From Azolla caroliniana (Eukaryota > Plantae > Polypodiophyta), in assembly GCA_043228905.1 (NCBI GenBank), contig JBHGNT010000003.1, positions 13,268,001-13,332,000 on the forward strand: a stretch of 64,000 bases of DNA, read 5' to 3'. Every line of letters begins with the position of its first letter. The stretch's first letter is position 1. Positions 1 through 12,344 of this stretch are shown here, one piece after another. The notes below the pieces were generated by a model that worked only from the letters and a program-made list of their open reading frames with translations, had not been told where the DNA came from and did not search any database. The position numbers and the translations under genes are program-made.

Positions 1-490
1 ACTACACATGTTGCACCTAACTACAAAACCATATTCTTTGCGGAACGGCGAAATCGTACACATCCATACATGTTAGAGGCCATACCGTTATCTGCCATTC
101 GAACCATTGCTTCCATGCGACTTAGCTCACATGCATTGCGATGTGAAATAGGGCGTTGGGGTACAAGTGATGAGAGTGGTTGGCTATGCACACTTTGCCC
201 TAAACAAGTTCGCGAGTCTGAGTATCACACTTTGATACAATGCTCTGCCTTTGATCATATTTGACCATGCTTTCCATATCTCTTCGATCGAGCCCAATCC
301 TTGCATGAATTCCTCTCACAACCACAATGTGCACTCTCCATTGCAACATTCATTGGTAAAGTTCTTGAACATCAAGAGTCACTACTCACTGTCACACGTA
401 TCACGTGAAATGTAATATTTTTGGTCTCATAGGTCATATTTGACCTCCGAAGACGATAATATAATCTATCTCTCTCTCTCTCTCTCTCTT
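1..490 (+). mobile_element. 3' end of LINE (same family as 491-4832), ending in TATC/(TC)n tail
   Basis: Near-identical to ~4360-4830; encodes the C-terminal motif LSSHALRCEIGRW..CTLC..ESEYHTLIQC; begins at the window edge. Confidence 0.9.
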
Positions 491-550
491 CTCGTAGGGT
501 TTGGTCCTACAATCACACACACTCGTAAGCCCACCTCAAAGTTCAGGAGT

Positions 551-1390
551 ATGATTGATAATGAGCCGAAATCACCAACAAATGTTGATTCCAATGCAAT
601 AAACACAATGGACAAAATGCTTATGAGTCACTTCATTTCTCTTCAAGAAACTATAAACAAGCAAGGTGAAGAGATTAGGATGTTAATGAAAGAGAATGCT
701 AAGCTCCAAATTATTGCCATTGAGAATGAAAGTCTTAAGAAAGTGGTTGCAAAACTTGAAGAAGAGATTCAAGAATGTAAAAGAGCTTCTTTCCAAACAA
801 ATAAGCGCCTTAACAATATTGAGTTCAAGGAAGCATTAAAAGAAGAAAAATTAGATACAATGAGGCAGGATGTAAGTGAGATGAAAAATGTATGTACAAC
901 AAGATCATGGGCCGATGTATGTGGTGGGGATGGGGTATCAAACTCATCTAATATGCATGTGATGCATCAAGAGAAGAATATCAAAAGCATAGATGCCCGA
1001 GAATTGAAAGAACATGAACGAAGATCAAAGAACATTGTCATCCGTGGGATTAGAGAGGAGAGTATGGAAACACCCGCTTCCCTAGGAAAGTCCATTGGTG
1101 AATTTTTTAGCATGCATTATGGGATGTCGGATGTGAATGTATATGGGGCACACCGAGTTGGGAAACATGGTGTTACTCGCTCCGGAGAAAGGCCTATTGT
1201 ATGCACAATGACAAATGATACAAAGCGGCGGATCATACTCAAAAATAGTTCGGTATACCTCAAAGGTACACAATGCTTTGTGAGTGAAGATCGTACTATC
1301 TCACAACAAAATGCTCGTCGTAAAGCATATGAAGAAAGATTGAAAAACAAGGTTAAGGATGTGCTTAAAGATGGAAATGTAGGCAAATAG
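551..1390 (+). CDS. LINE ORF1 protein (coiled coil + RRM-like), 279 aa from first ATG
   Basis: Uninterrupted ORF; heptad-rich N-half; RRSKNIVIRGI, AHRVG and RPIVCT motifs typical of LINE ORF1p. Confidence 0.8.
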   Translation: MIDNEPKSPTNVDSNAINTMDKMLMSHFISLQETINKQGEEIRMLMKENAKLQIIAIENESLKKVVAKLEEEIQECKRASFQTNKRLNNIEFKEALKEEKLDTMRQDVSEMKNVCTTRSWADVCGGDGVSNSSNMHVMHQEKNIKSIDARELKEHERRSKNIVIRGIREESMETPASLGKSIGEFFSMHYGMSDVNVYGAHRVGKHGVTRSGERPIVCTMTNDTKRRIILKNSSVYLKGTQCFVSEDRTISQQNARRKAYEERLKNKVKDVLKDGNVGK

Positions 1391-1429
1391 GGACACGTGA
1401 CCTATCAGACTAAACCACGTCTTTTACGA

Positions 1430-4400
1430 CTATGCTTTTGGAATTGCAATGGATACCCATAGAATGCGAGATTCGGCATAGAGGAGTTCATCCATGACTC
1501 GGATATCACACTTCTTGTTGAAACATGGGAGCATGATACTCAAAGGATTCAAGGTTTAGGAAACTATAATGTACACTCTTTGATATGGAAGAAAAATTCA
1601 AGACAAAGAAGAGGACAAGGAGGGGTGGCATGTTTGATTAAGAAGGAAATAGAGAAATATGTGTCAATCGTAAAAAATGATGAACATAAATGCTACATAT
1701 GGCTCAAAATAAAAACACCCAATGATTTGCCCACTTTTGTCGCTAGATGTTACATTCCTCATCAAGATTCTAACTTTTATGCTTGTTTGGATAAAGATCA
1801 ACCTTTTGCAAATCTAGAAGATGATATTTCTTATTTCCCATCCAAAGAGGAAATTATTGTCTTTGGTGACATGAATGCTCATACAAAAATTTTCCAGCTT
1901 GATTCACAAGAATCTTTCATGTCACATATCTCAAGGATGCAAGAGGATAAGCAAATGTATAGCCACTCTTGTAGCAATGAAAAAGATCTGAACCAATTTG
2001 GGAAACTACTCCTACAAATGTGCAATAGTACCGGATTGCTTATTGCAAATGGTGTTTCCTTATGACCCAATACTAATGCCTTTGCATGTAGAAAACACAA
2101 CGGACATAGTGTGATTGACTATGTGCTACTTTCCGAAGGTATTTTGGATCGTATACATAAATTCTCACTTGAGGAATGGACATTGGAATCCGATCATAGA
2201 ATTTTATGTATTGATCTCAAATGTATGCATAGGTTTGATTGTGAGAAGGTGATTGAAGATACTAAATAACCGCATTTGAGCATGAATCTTAAGTGAGCAC
2301 CCATGTATTCCAAAGTCGTTGAGGATATGTTACAAATGACAAAGATACAACATGGTGCCACACTAGAATGCAAATGGGAAGCTTTCAAGAATGTCATTCT
2401 CTCATGTACAAACAAATGTTTTTCGACCAACAACACATCATGGAAATGCACCAAGAAATGTAGGAAAAAATGGTTTGATAAAGAATGTCATGAAGCTCGA
2501 AAGTGCCTTATGGTTTTGGATGTAGTTAAGGATAAAGAAAATTACCAAAAGCATTTGCATGAGTATAAAAGGCTTATTCAAAGAAAGAGACGAATATGGG
2601 AAGTTACTCAACAACTTCTCCAAACACAAGAGAACGCGCATGCATGTGCTAAATTTTTGGGAAATCTAAAGGGGAAATGTGTTGAGAGTTATGGTGACTT
2701 AACTCTTCATGACTTGTCTATGCATTGTAAGAATTTATATGAGTTATCTCTTGCCAGAAAGATGATGTGTTATGGTTCTCTTTCACATATGTCTCCCTTC
2801 TTTACAATTGAAGATATATGGATAGGACGTAAGAAATTGGCCTCTCGAAAGGCAAGCGATCGTCAATGTATAAAGGCTGAAATGCTCAAATTGACGGGAA
2901 AGGAAACACATGTATTGATATTCGATATGTTTAATGATGCATTGCAACATGGTATGCCATATGATTGGACTACAAATTGGATCAAGCCTTTACATAAAGG
3001 TGGAGGTGTAAATAATGTAAACAACTATCGAACCATCATGGTTGGCTCATTAATGGCAAAACTATTTGAATGTATAATGGAATCAAAGATAAGTGTATGG
3101 GCAAAACAAAATGGTAAGAGAGCTTATGGACAAGCTGGCTTTTGAAAACACCAGAGCACCATTTATCATCTTGTCACCCTTCGAGTATTAATGGAGGAAA
3201 GTCACCTTAGAGGTAAGGGTTTATATTGTTGCATTGTAGACTTCAAGAAAGCTTTTGATATGGTACCTCGTGAGCATCTTTGGAGGTGAATGGAAGAACT
3301 TGAGGTGCCAACTGAATATATGCTTGCAATTTCCCGAATATATGAGAAGGTGATATGTTGTCTGCGTATGAGAGATAGAGAAGATTTTTTCAATAGAACT
3401 ATTGGTGTTAAGCAAGGATGCCCACTCTCACCAACATTATTTGATCTATGCATTGATGAATTAGAAGAAATGGTTACCAAGGTTGTAAAGGAAGAATGTG
3501 TTGAAGAAGTTGCCATTGGGAAATTTTGTGATTATGCTTTTGTTATATGCGGATGATGTAGTCCTTTTTGCAAATACTTTAGGAGATGCACAAAAGCTTA
3601 TGAAGGCATTGGACAAAAATTGCATGCATACTAAATTAAGTGTTGATAGCTCAAAAACAAAGATTATGCTTGTAGAGAGCCAAAAAAGAGATAACCATGC
3701 ATTATGTACAAAAATGAGCCACTTGAATGTGTGGAAAGCTTCAAATAACTTGGCCTCGAAGTTCCTTCAAATCAAAGATGGAATGAATGTGCTACACGTC
3801 GCTTAGAGGCAGGTAAGCGAGCATATTATGCATTTGAGAACACATGCAATCTTGGAGATATTAAGTGTTGGGTCCTCAAGAAATATCTTTTCGACACTTT
3901 GGTGACACCGGTTCTTCTCTATGGGGTGGAAGTATGGGGCGGTAGCATCCCTAAAGCTACGTGGAAAGAGTTTGAAAATGTCCAAAAACATTTTCTTACA
4001 AAGTTTCTACAAGTTAAGAAACAAACGCCCTACACCCTCCTCCTCCTTGAGACGGGATCGCTTCCCATTGAGATCATGGCCATAGAAAGGGTTGTTGAAT
4101 ACATGCATAAGGTTCAAAAAAGCCCCTCACATTAACTTCCTAGAATTGCATGGGAAGCAAGCAAAAAGATCCAAAAGACATATAAAAGCAAAATTTTGTG
4201 TTCCGATTGGATTCAAGATTTAGAAAAATGGTTTGGTAGATGGGATGCAAGACGCTTGCTTCATGATGCAGCACTAGATTCCTCTCAAAATGATGCCTTT
4301 TTGCAACGCCAATGTATCATGATGTCGGAAAAATGTGGAGGCTCACGCTTCACACATTATACTACAAATGTTGCACCTAACTACAAAACCATATTCTTCG

Positions 4401-4770
4401 CAGAACGGGGAAGCCATACACATCGATACATGTTAGAGCCCATCCCGATATCTACCATTCGAACCATTGCTTCCATGCAACTTAGCTCGCATGCATTGTG
4501 ATGTGAGACGGGGCATTGGGGCACAAGTGATGAGAGTGGCCGGCTATGCACACTTTGCCCTAAACAAGTTCGAGAGTCTAAGTATCACACTTTGAGACAA
4601 TGCTCTACCTTTGATCATTCGACTATGCTTTCCACATCTCTTTGACCACGCCCAATCCTTGCACGAATTTCTCTCACAACCTCGATGTGCACTCTCAATT
4701 GCAACATTCATTGGTAAAGTTCTTGAACATCAAGAGTCGCTACTCACTTTCACACGTATCATGTGAAATG
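1430..4770 (+). pseudogene. LINE ORF2 (endonuclease + reverse transcriptase), disrupted by stops and frameshifts
   Basis: Collinear fragments 1580-2065, 2303-3145, 3290-3556, 3498-3806, 3899-4135, 4196-4501. Confidence 0.9.
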
Positions 4771-4832
4771 TAATATTTTTGGTATTTGACCTCTGAAGAC
4801 GATAATATAATCTATCTATCTGTCTATCTATC

Positions 4833-5175
4833 TTCTCTCTCTTGCTCTCTTTCTGCAACCTCACGCTATCGCACTCATTAATAGAGGCTACAATTGTTTT
4901 GTACCTCATGATACTCTTCTACACATGCCCTAAATGTATTTATACTCATACATCATATGGGCTATAATTTACAAATGTAGCCCCAACTACACATCACTAT
5001 TATTATTATCTATAGTTATAATAATAATAATTGACAATTCATAAACCAACTCTCTATTGTTGACTCTTCGACTCTTGGCACACAACCCAAACAATCGGCT
5101 CCTCCTTATCTTCAACTATCAACTCTTCTAGGCCCAAACAGTCGGCTCCTCCCACTTGAGGGACATATTCCCAAC
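4833..5175 (-). repeat. Probable LTR remnant into whose microsatellite the LINEs inserted
   Basis: Minus strand begins TGTTGGGAATATG at 5175 and abuts copia RT sequence; the other end is not visible. Confidence 0.4.
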
Positions 5176-5176
5176 A

Positions 5177-7274
5177 GATCAAGCGAAATCAGACGACAAA
5201 GACTCTCCTACTCTCCCAGTCCGACTACCTCTGCAAAGTGTTGAAGCGCTTTAGCATGGAGAACGCGAAGCCAACACCAACATCGCTTCCCACATTGATC
5301 CGACTTTCAGACAGAGACTCTCCTTTGACAGATAAGGAGAAAGAGGTTAATGGAAAGATACCCTATGCATTGGTCGTAGGAAGTATCATGTACGCAACGG
5401 TGGCGACCCGACCCGACCCGACCTTGGCTATGTCGTAGGAGTCGTCCGCCACTACATGTCAAACCTGGGACGGAAGCATTGGGAGGACATCAAGCACATC
5501 TTTAGGTACCTAAGAGGGACCGAAGATGCACAACTAACTTTCGGATCGTCAAAATCAACCTACGTCGAAGGCTACACGACGCAGCTAAGGATGTGATCTG
5601 GCTACACTGACTGACTACCAACTTCTCGGCGATGAGCTGAATCGAGTTGGCCAACCATCTATTGCGACTCACAGAGCGCAATACACCTCATCGAGATCCA
5701 GTCTATCATGAGAAGATGAAACACATTGAGGTGCGGGTTTTGTGATGGCTTAAAGTGTGCGGCACTTCATCAGGGGTTTGTTTGTGGTGGACTGAAGTTT
5801 AGACGTTTTTCACGTGTCTAAACCTAAGTTTATGGTAGGGGAAGGGGGGTATGTGAGGGGGAAAGGAAGGGATAAGGATATGTTTAGCGGTGAGATTGGG
5901 GTATGTTTAAACTTAAGAAAAAACAAGCGAAAAGTTGAGAGACAAATTCCATTAACAAACAAAATTTTGAAAGAACCTAAGATGAGAGAATCGAATGAGT
6001 GATTTAGGATTAAAGATAAAGATGAAAGAGAGAGGGGGAATGTTTATTAAACCAAAAAAAAGATTTAGATCTTCCCTTTGTGAGGGAGATTTATTTAAAA
6101 CAAACAAAACATTTAAATTAATATTAAGGATTAGGAGGTAGGGAGAAGACGGTTTGAGATCGGGATCAAGGGGAGAGTGTTTGAGTAGACGAACTTAAAC
6201 GGATTAGGGATAAGTTTTAAGGAAGGAGGGTACTTAAGACAACTAGTTAAAAATGTACTAGAATAGATAATATTTAAAGGTTTAAAATAATATTTAAGCA
6301 AAAGATTACTTAAATAATTAGTTAAAACAAAAAGGAAGAGGATTACGATGAATACTTAAACAAGTTCTTAAGAGAAAATGTGAAACAATTACTAAGATAA
6401 TTACTTTAAAAATATGACAAAATTATTTAGACAAGTACTTAAATGAATGAGAAAAAAATTTGGACAAATGTTTAAGCAAAGGTTTAAACAATATGAAAAA
6501 GTTATTTAGACAAATGCTTGGCAAAATATTTAAGCAAATACTTAAACAAATGTTTAAACAAAATACCAAATCAAATTATTAGACAAAACATAAAAGAACA
6601 TGAAACAATGAGCAACACATAGAGAGGAAGAGTATCTGGGAGCTAGTAACCGAGAAGAAGCTCGAAGTCCAGAAGATCGATACCGAGTTGAACATCGTTG
6701 ATTGCTTGACCAAGCCACTCCCAGATCAACGCTTCGGAGCACTGAGGATGAAGATGGGACTAAGACAAGCAATCAAGACAAAGAGAGCCAAGCAAGGAGT
6801 AGAAGGTAAGATGATCCAATCGTTTCAAACAAACCAATCCGAACGACTAGGCTAGATACTTATTCTACCTCTGTCGACTCGTTTGTACGCCAACTGACTT
6901 GTACTATTTAGATCAATTTTGTAATCTAAGTTTATGGGGCAGATAACCCCAATTACTTGTACACGTAGGAAAGAGTAGTTCTTTTACGGGGGAGTTTGTT
7001 AGCATAAAAGGCAAACTCCTTCTACTTTGTGTCCTCACTAGTGTGAGCACGTCCAATAGTTAGGATTTGAGTATATAAGCTCTAACCTAATGTTGTGATA
7101 CGTGCAACTGATTATTCTTGTATCTTGACTCTCAGAGAGAGCGAGAGAATAACAGAGAATAATGAGAATCACCATTGAAGCTTATCTTCTTGTCTGCTTA
7201 CTCCTCTTGCTACATAGTTGTGCATGTTGTTGACGGTGCACTTTTAACACACAGGTCCTCACACATCTTCCACA
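5177..7274 (+). mobile_element. Ty1/copia 3' fragment (RT end, RNase H, PPT, 3' LTR ~6997-7274)
   Basis: PYALVVGSIMYA..TRPD; KHIEVR (to ~5736) resumes as ELVTEKKLEVQKIDTELNIVDCLTKPL (~6640); PPT GGGGGAG at 6988 followed by TGTTAG. Confidence 0.8.
5738..6630. other. Unclassified AT/purine-rich insertion splitting copia RNase H; degenerate ~14-bp repeats at 6340-6590
   Basis: RNase H reading frame stops at ~5737 and resumes at ~6632. Confidence 0.55.
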
Positions 7275-9178
7275 CATATCGTGCTAGAGAAGGGTGGTCA
7301 TTTTCACCACTAGTGAAAAGATTTCGTCGAAATCAACGCCATATTCTTGTTGGAACCCTTTTGCTACTAATCTAGCCTTGAATTTTGGGTTGGCCGAATA
7401 AGACGTCTCTTTCGGAAGATCACGTCATTTTTTCGGAAGTTTGACGTGGTCCCAAGTCTTATTTTGTCGAATGGAGTTCATCTCTGACTCCATCCCAAGA
7501 GCCCATGTGGCCGAATCGGGGGATGTCGATGCTTCTTTGTATGACGTCGGTTCGCCCGTGTTTGTGAAGAATATACCAACAGAGTACCTCTCTAGAGGTT
7601 GCGATAGTCTTTTGAATCTCCTTGGTATGACTGGGCTAGCCTGATCGAGTGTTTGGGTTGGATGTTCTAGAGCCAAAACGTTCGGTTGTGCCATATCGTT
7701 TGGAGTCTATTAGGTGCTAGAGGATTCGGCTACTCGTGAAGCCGATCTCATGTTTTGGGGTAGGCTATCATGAAGGCTCGACACTTCTGAAAAAGTTACC
7801 CTTTGGACTTCAATAGGCCTTTCAGTTGTTGATCTGAAGGCATTTCAGCTTTTGGCCAAACTGGTTCTCTACCATGGCGAGCCATTCAGAAAAGATCGAG
7901 AACACCCGATCTTTGGTTCAGACAAGGTATGCCCACACCTTTCGAGTTGAATCGTTGATGAAGTAGGAGACTCCACCAAGAGACTGAAGTGGCATTGGGC
8001 CACACATGTCTGACTGGACCAAATTGAGTTGACTCGATTCTCTTGGTGTTGCCATGGGGTGTAACGCGGCTGTCTGTTTTCCATACCAGCAATGCTCACA
8101 AAACTGATTATCGTAACGGAGAGTTTGGGGATGTATCTAGCTCTAGATAAATGTGTGATGCTGGCCTTGCTAAGGTGTCTGAGTCTGTCGTGCCATAACG
8201 ATGACGCGGGAATATCAACCATAAACAAGTCACCCTCTCTAAGTGTGACATATAGTGGGTATAGAGAATGTACTTTCGAACCTCGAGCAAGTAGGAGATT
8301 CCCCCTATGGAGTGTCCACCCTCTTGATGAGAAGCCAACATGGATGTCGTCTTCATCAAGTTGTCCGACCGAGATCAGCAGTCTTGAGAGCTCAAGTATG
8401 TGTTGGACATGATGTAGTACTAGTGTGGAGCCACCATGTGTCATAGTGTGCTCCATTCCTCAGTCGTAAGCAGAACATCAAATACGACTGAGTGTTCTAT
8501 GAACAAAGTGTTTGGGTCATCCCTCAGTACTTCAGCTGAAGAGCCGATGTAGTTGACCTCCTCATGCCGGCCACCCTTCTAGTCATCTAGTTGAGCTTTA
8601 TCATTCTTGGCTTTGAGGGCGGGGCAATCAGCCTTGATATGTTCGGGTTCCTTGCAATAGTTGCAGGTTCAATTATCCTGGGGCTTGCTTTGGCTTCGCA
8701 AATCTGTCAACGATCGGGAAGAACTTCTCCCTCGACTGTTCAGTCGGTTAGCTTAACTTTGTACTGCATAGATGTCACTAGCCAAATCGTTTGCAAAGAA
8801 TTTCCTCCAAGTTGCTTCAATCAAGATTCAGCCTGTGAGTACATAGTACTTTACTGCAATGCTGATGCATTGCACATAGTTTTGACCAAAGTTTCTGATT
8901 GCTTTTAAATCTTCTTCAATTGTCATCCCTTGAGCCGAAATTTGGGAGCTTAAGCATTCGTACTCATTTAGGTGTGCTTGGACCAAGTCAGATTCTTTCA
9001 TCCGAAGGTCGTAGAGGCTTCGGATCAGGTATATCTTTGTTGCACCGACCTTCTTTTCATAAGTGTTCGAGAGTGTCTTCTGTAAAAGAATATGTGTGCA
9101 GAAGTGTATGCGAAACACAGATACATAGTTCAAGAAACGACAGTTCGGTGAAACACAGAAAACGCAAAGATGGACAAG

Positions 9179-9222
<44 letters not shown>

Positions 9223-9638
9223 AGACAACTCAATTCTATTTCAAAAAATAATAACGCTTAGTGAGCACTTCTTATACACGCCCTTAAATCGGGCTGACAC
9301 AAGTACTAACAGTACTTGACTGCTCATAAATGAGCCTACTACACTTACTCCCAAAACTATTCCTTACGAGGAATATCTTACGACCTCTCGGTGTCTGCAC
9401 CGTTACGGCCATGTTGTGCGTAACTGTTTTACACACCCAATTACACACCAAATGTTGAGCTTGTCTCTCAACACTCCCCCTCAAGCTCAACTTGAGGTTC
9501 CACCTACTCTTCCGGATCTTCATTGCGGCCTCTTCTAGCTTCATGCCTTACTCGCGCTCCTCGACCCTTTCGGTCGCCTTGTCTACTCGTTGGACCCTTC
9601 TCAGCTCCTTCGTTGTCGCGGTGTTGGCGCCTCTTCTG

Positions 9639-10805
9639 CTACCCTTTTCTCCGCTTGGCCCTCAATTGATTCATGATGTCTGAATCGAACATTCTGATTG
9701 AACCGAACTCTTCCGATTCAATTCCGCTCTCATCTGAATTGGTTGTCTCCAATTTGTCTTCTGTCTTCAGGCCTTTGACAATGTCGGACCACGTTTTGAT
9801 CTTGGCCTTACTTACTCCTTGTTCAGTTGTCTTCGGCTCTTCCCTAAGATTACGACCCTTGCTTGCTTCTTTGGCTTTTTCAGGTGGCCCGAAATCGAAT
9901 TCTTCATCTGACTCCACGTCGCAGTCAATTCTGCTCCTTCCACGCTCTTGTTCATGTTCTTCCTTTCTCCCCCTCAAGTTCGGCATGTCGAGGTGACGCA
10001 GCCCAAGCTCACCTAAGAAATGCCACAACTTTTCGAGACCAAGGGGCTTGGTGAAGATGTTGGCAACCTGCCGATTTGTCGGAACGTAAACCAGTTCGAC
10101 TTCACCTAAAAGGACCCGCTCGCGAACAAAGTGATAGTCCACCTTAATGTGGTTGGTTCGGGCGTGAAATACGGGGTTTTTCACAAGGTGGATACTGCTG
10201 AGGTTGTCGCAATAGATCGTTGTCGGATCAGACATCTCCACATGCAGATCCCGTAATATCCGCTTCAGCCAAATGACTTCGCACATAGCGACAATCGCCC
10301 CTTGATTTTTGGCCTCCGTGCTCGACAGTGCTACTGTCGGCTGCTTCTTATTGCTCCACGTGATCGCCGCACTTCCTAATGAGAAGGCATATCCGGACGT
10401 GGATCTACGATCGTGGGAATTTTTGGCCCAATCAGAATCCATGTAGCCGACTAATTGTTCGACTACACCTGCCCGATATAACAACGCCATGTCTGTACTG
10501 CCGCTGACATATCGCAATATCCTTTGCGCGCACTGAAAGTGTTCAACTGTAGGCTGCGACATGAATTGAATGATCAATCTGACCGGGTAACTAAGGTCCG
10601 GCCTGGTGATCGTCAAATAGATGAGGCTTCCGACAATTTGTCGAAACCGTGTCGGGTTGCATGCCTTTCCCAACTCTCGGTGAAGCTTTGTGTTTCGATC
10701 AAGAGGGGTCGAGATGGGCTTACAGTCTGCCATCCTGAACTTGAAGACCATATTCAACATGTAATGACGCTGGCTGATCAATATGCCTTCGGGGGTGCAG
10801 ATCAC
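9639..10805 (-). pseudogene. Copia B RT C-terminus + RNase H with charged C-terminal extension
   Basis: IVGSLIYLTITRPDL, DSDWA, YCDN, HARTNHIKV, ANIFTKPL motifs. Confidence 0.85.
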
Positions 10806-11872
10806 TTTGATCCCAAGGAATTAATGAAGGTCTTCAAAATCCTTCATTTCGAATGATGCCGCAAGTTGAGACTTTATGCAGCGGATTTCGTCCAGGTTGG
10901 CACCAGCTATGACTCAATCATCAACATAAAGTAGAATACTTACCGGTCCATATTGACCTTGCCAAACAAATAGTGAAGCGTCTGATTTCGACATCGTAAA
11001 CCCCATCCTATGCAACTGTTGCGTAATCTTGGCGTTCCAGTCTCACGAGGCTTGCTTAAGTCCGTAGAGTGACTTCTTCAGTCAGAAAATTGCCGAGGTG
11101 TTTTGTTCAAATAGAAATCTGGGGTGCTATACCATGTACACTTGTTCCTCAAGATCACCTTGTAGGAACGCGTTCTTTACATCCATCTGATGTAAGTGCC
11201 ACCCCTCTGCCGCAGTTAATGATAGCAGAACACGCACGGTAGTCATCTTCGCGACAGGCGCGAAAGTCTCGTCGTAGTCCACGTCGTGCTTCTACGCATA
11301 GCCTTTCGCAACTAAACAGGCCTTGTATCGATTGATTGAGCCGTCGGTGTTGTATTTCACTTTATACACCCACCTACATCCGATCTTCTTTACACCCTTC
11401 GGTGCATCAACCAAGTCCCAAGTCTCATTATCAGTCAAACTACGCATCTCTTCCTCCATTGCGGCATGCCAGTTTGCATCTTTGGCCACTTCTGCATAGC
11501 TCTCTGGCTCACGCACTTCCGCCACTCATGTCATGTACGTGTAATGGTGCGCCATGTAATCATTATACCCGTATCTCTTTACGGGGTTCTTCAGTCAAGT
11601 AGATCGGCGTAATTCGTGATTACCCGATTTCACGACCTTTTCAGCTAATGTCGACCTCTTTCGTGGAGGTTCCGTTTCAGTTTGCCCATAGTCAGACTTG
11701 CTCCGATCTAACTCAACATTGTCGGATCGTACTCCAACATCGTTTTCTTCCCTTTCTCCTCGCGCGCAAACTGTCTCCTCGGTTATTTACGCGGGGACAT
11801 CACGGTTGAGTCTTCACTACTCATCATCTCTTCATTTGGTTGGCCATTTCGGTCCAACCCCTCATTCGGCCT

Positions 11873-12344
11873 TGTTAAGATTCTATTACTAATCAATAGA
11901 CCAAACTAAAGTAAATGAAGGAAAATAGAATGGATAGAAGAACCCGTTCCACCTAACCACCCCCGAGCTATGATCTAGACATAGCCAACCTACCACCGAC
12001 GTCCCATACCGCCGGATATTAGGATGACTAATACCTTGGAAGAGATAAACACAATCTCCGAGACAAAACCTAGCCCGAAGCACCGGTGTCTAAGACAGCA
12101 ACCTTCTGACGTAATGTCCCTATGAGGGTAGCTAAGCCTCATATTTATACCTTTTCCTAGGCCCCTTGAATAGATGTGCCTTTCTAAAAGGCTCTCCATT
12201 CATTGGTTGTCCAAATCATGATAGTGCATGCACCAATCATTCCTTCTATCCAATCATTAGTCCCCTTTTTAACATTAGTGAACATACCCTTCACTAATGT
12301 AAATATTGGTGACCTACCCTCACCAACGTTATGTGTACATAACA
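11873..12344. repeat. Solo LTR (472 bp) inserted in copia B
   Basis: TGTTA...TAACA termini; TSD GGCCT/GGCCC; removing it restores FPLSGPNEG, homologous to FRLSGPNGR in element C. Confidence 0.85.

Larger units (their letters stand above)
491..4832 (+). mobile_element. Near full-length non-LTR retrotransposon (LINE; ORF1 + APE-RT ORF2; RTE-X/L2-like C-terminus), decayed
   Basis: ORF1, then APE motifs (FWNCNG, VETW, GGVA, CYIP, GDMNA, SVIDY, SDH), RT motifs (NYRTI, QAGF, DFKKAFD, GVKQGCPLSP, LLYADD), Cys/His C-terminus and (TATC)n tail. Confidence 0.92.
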
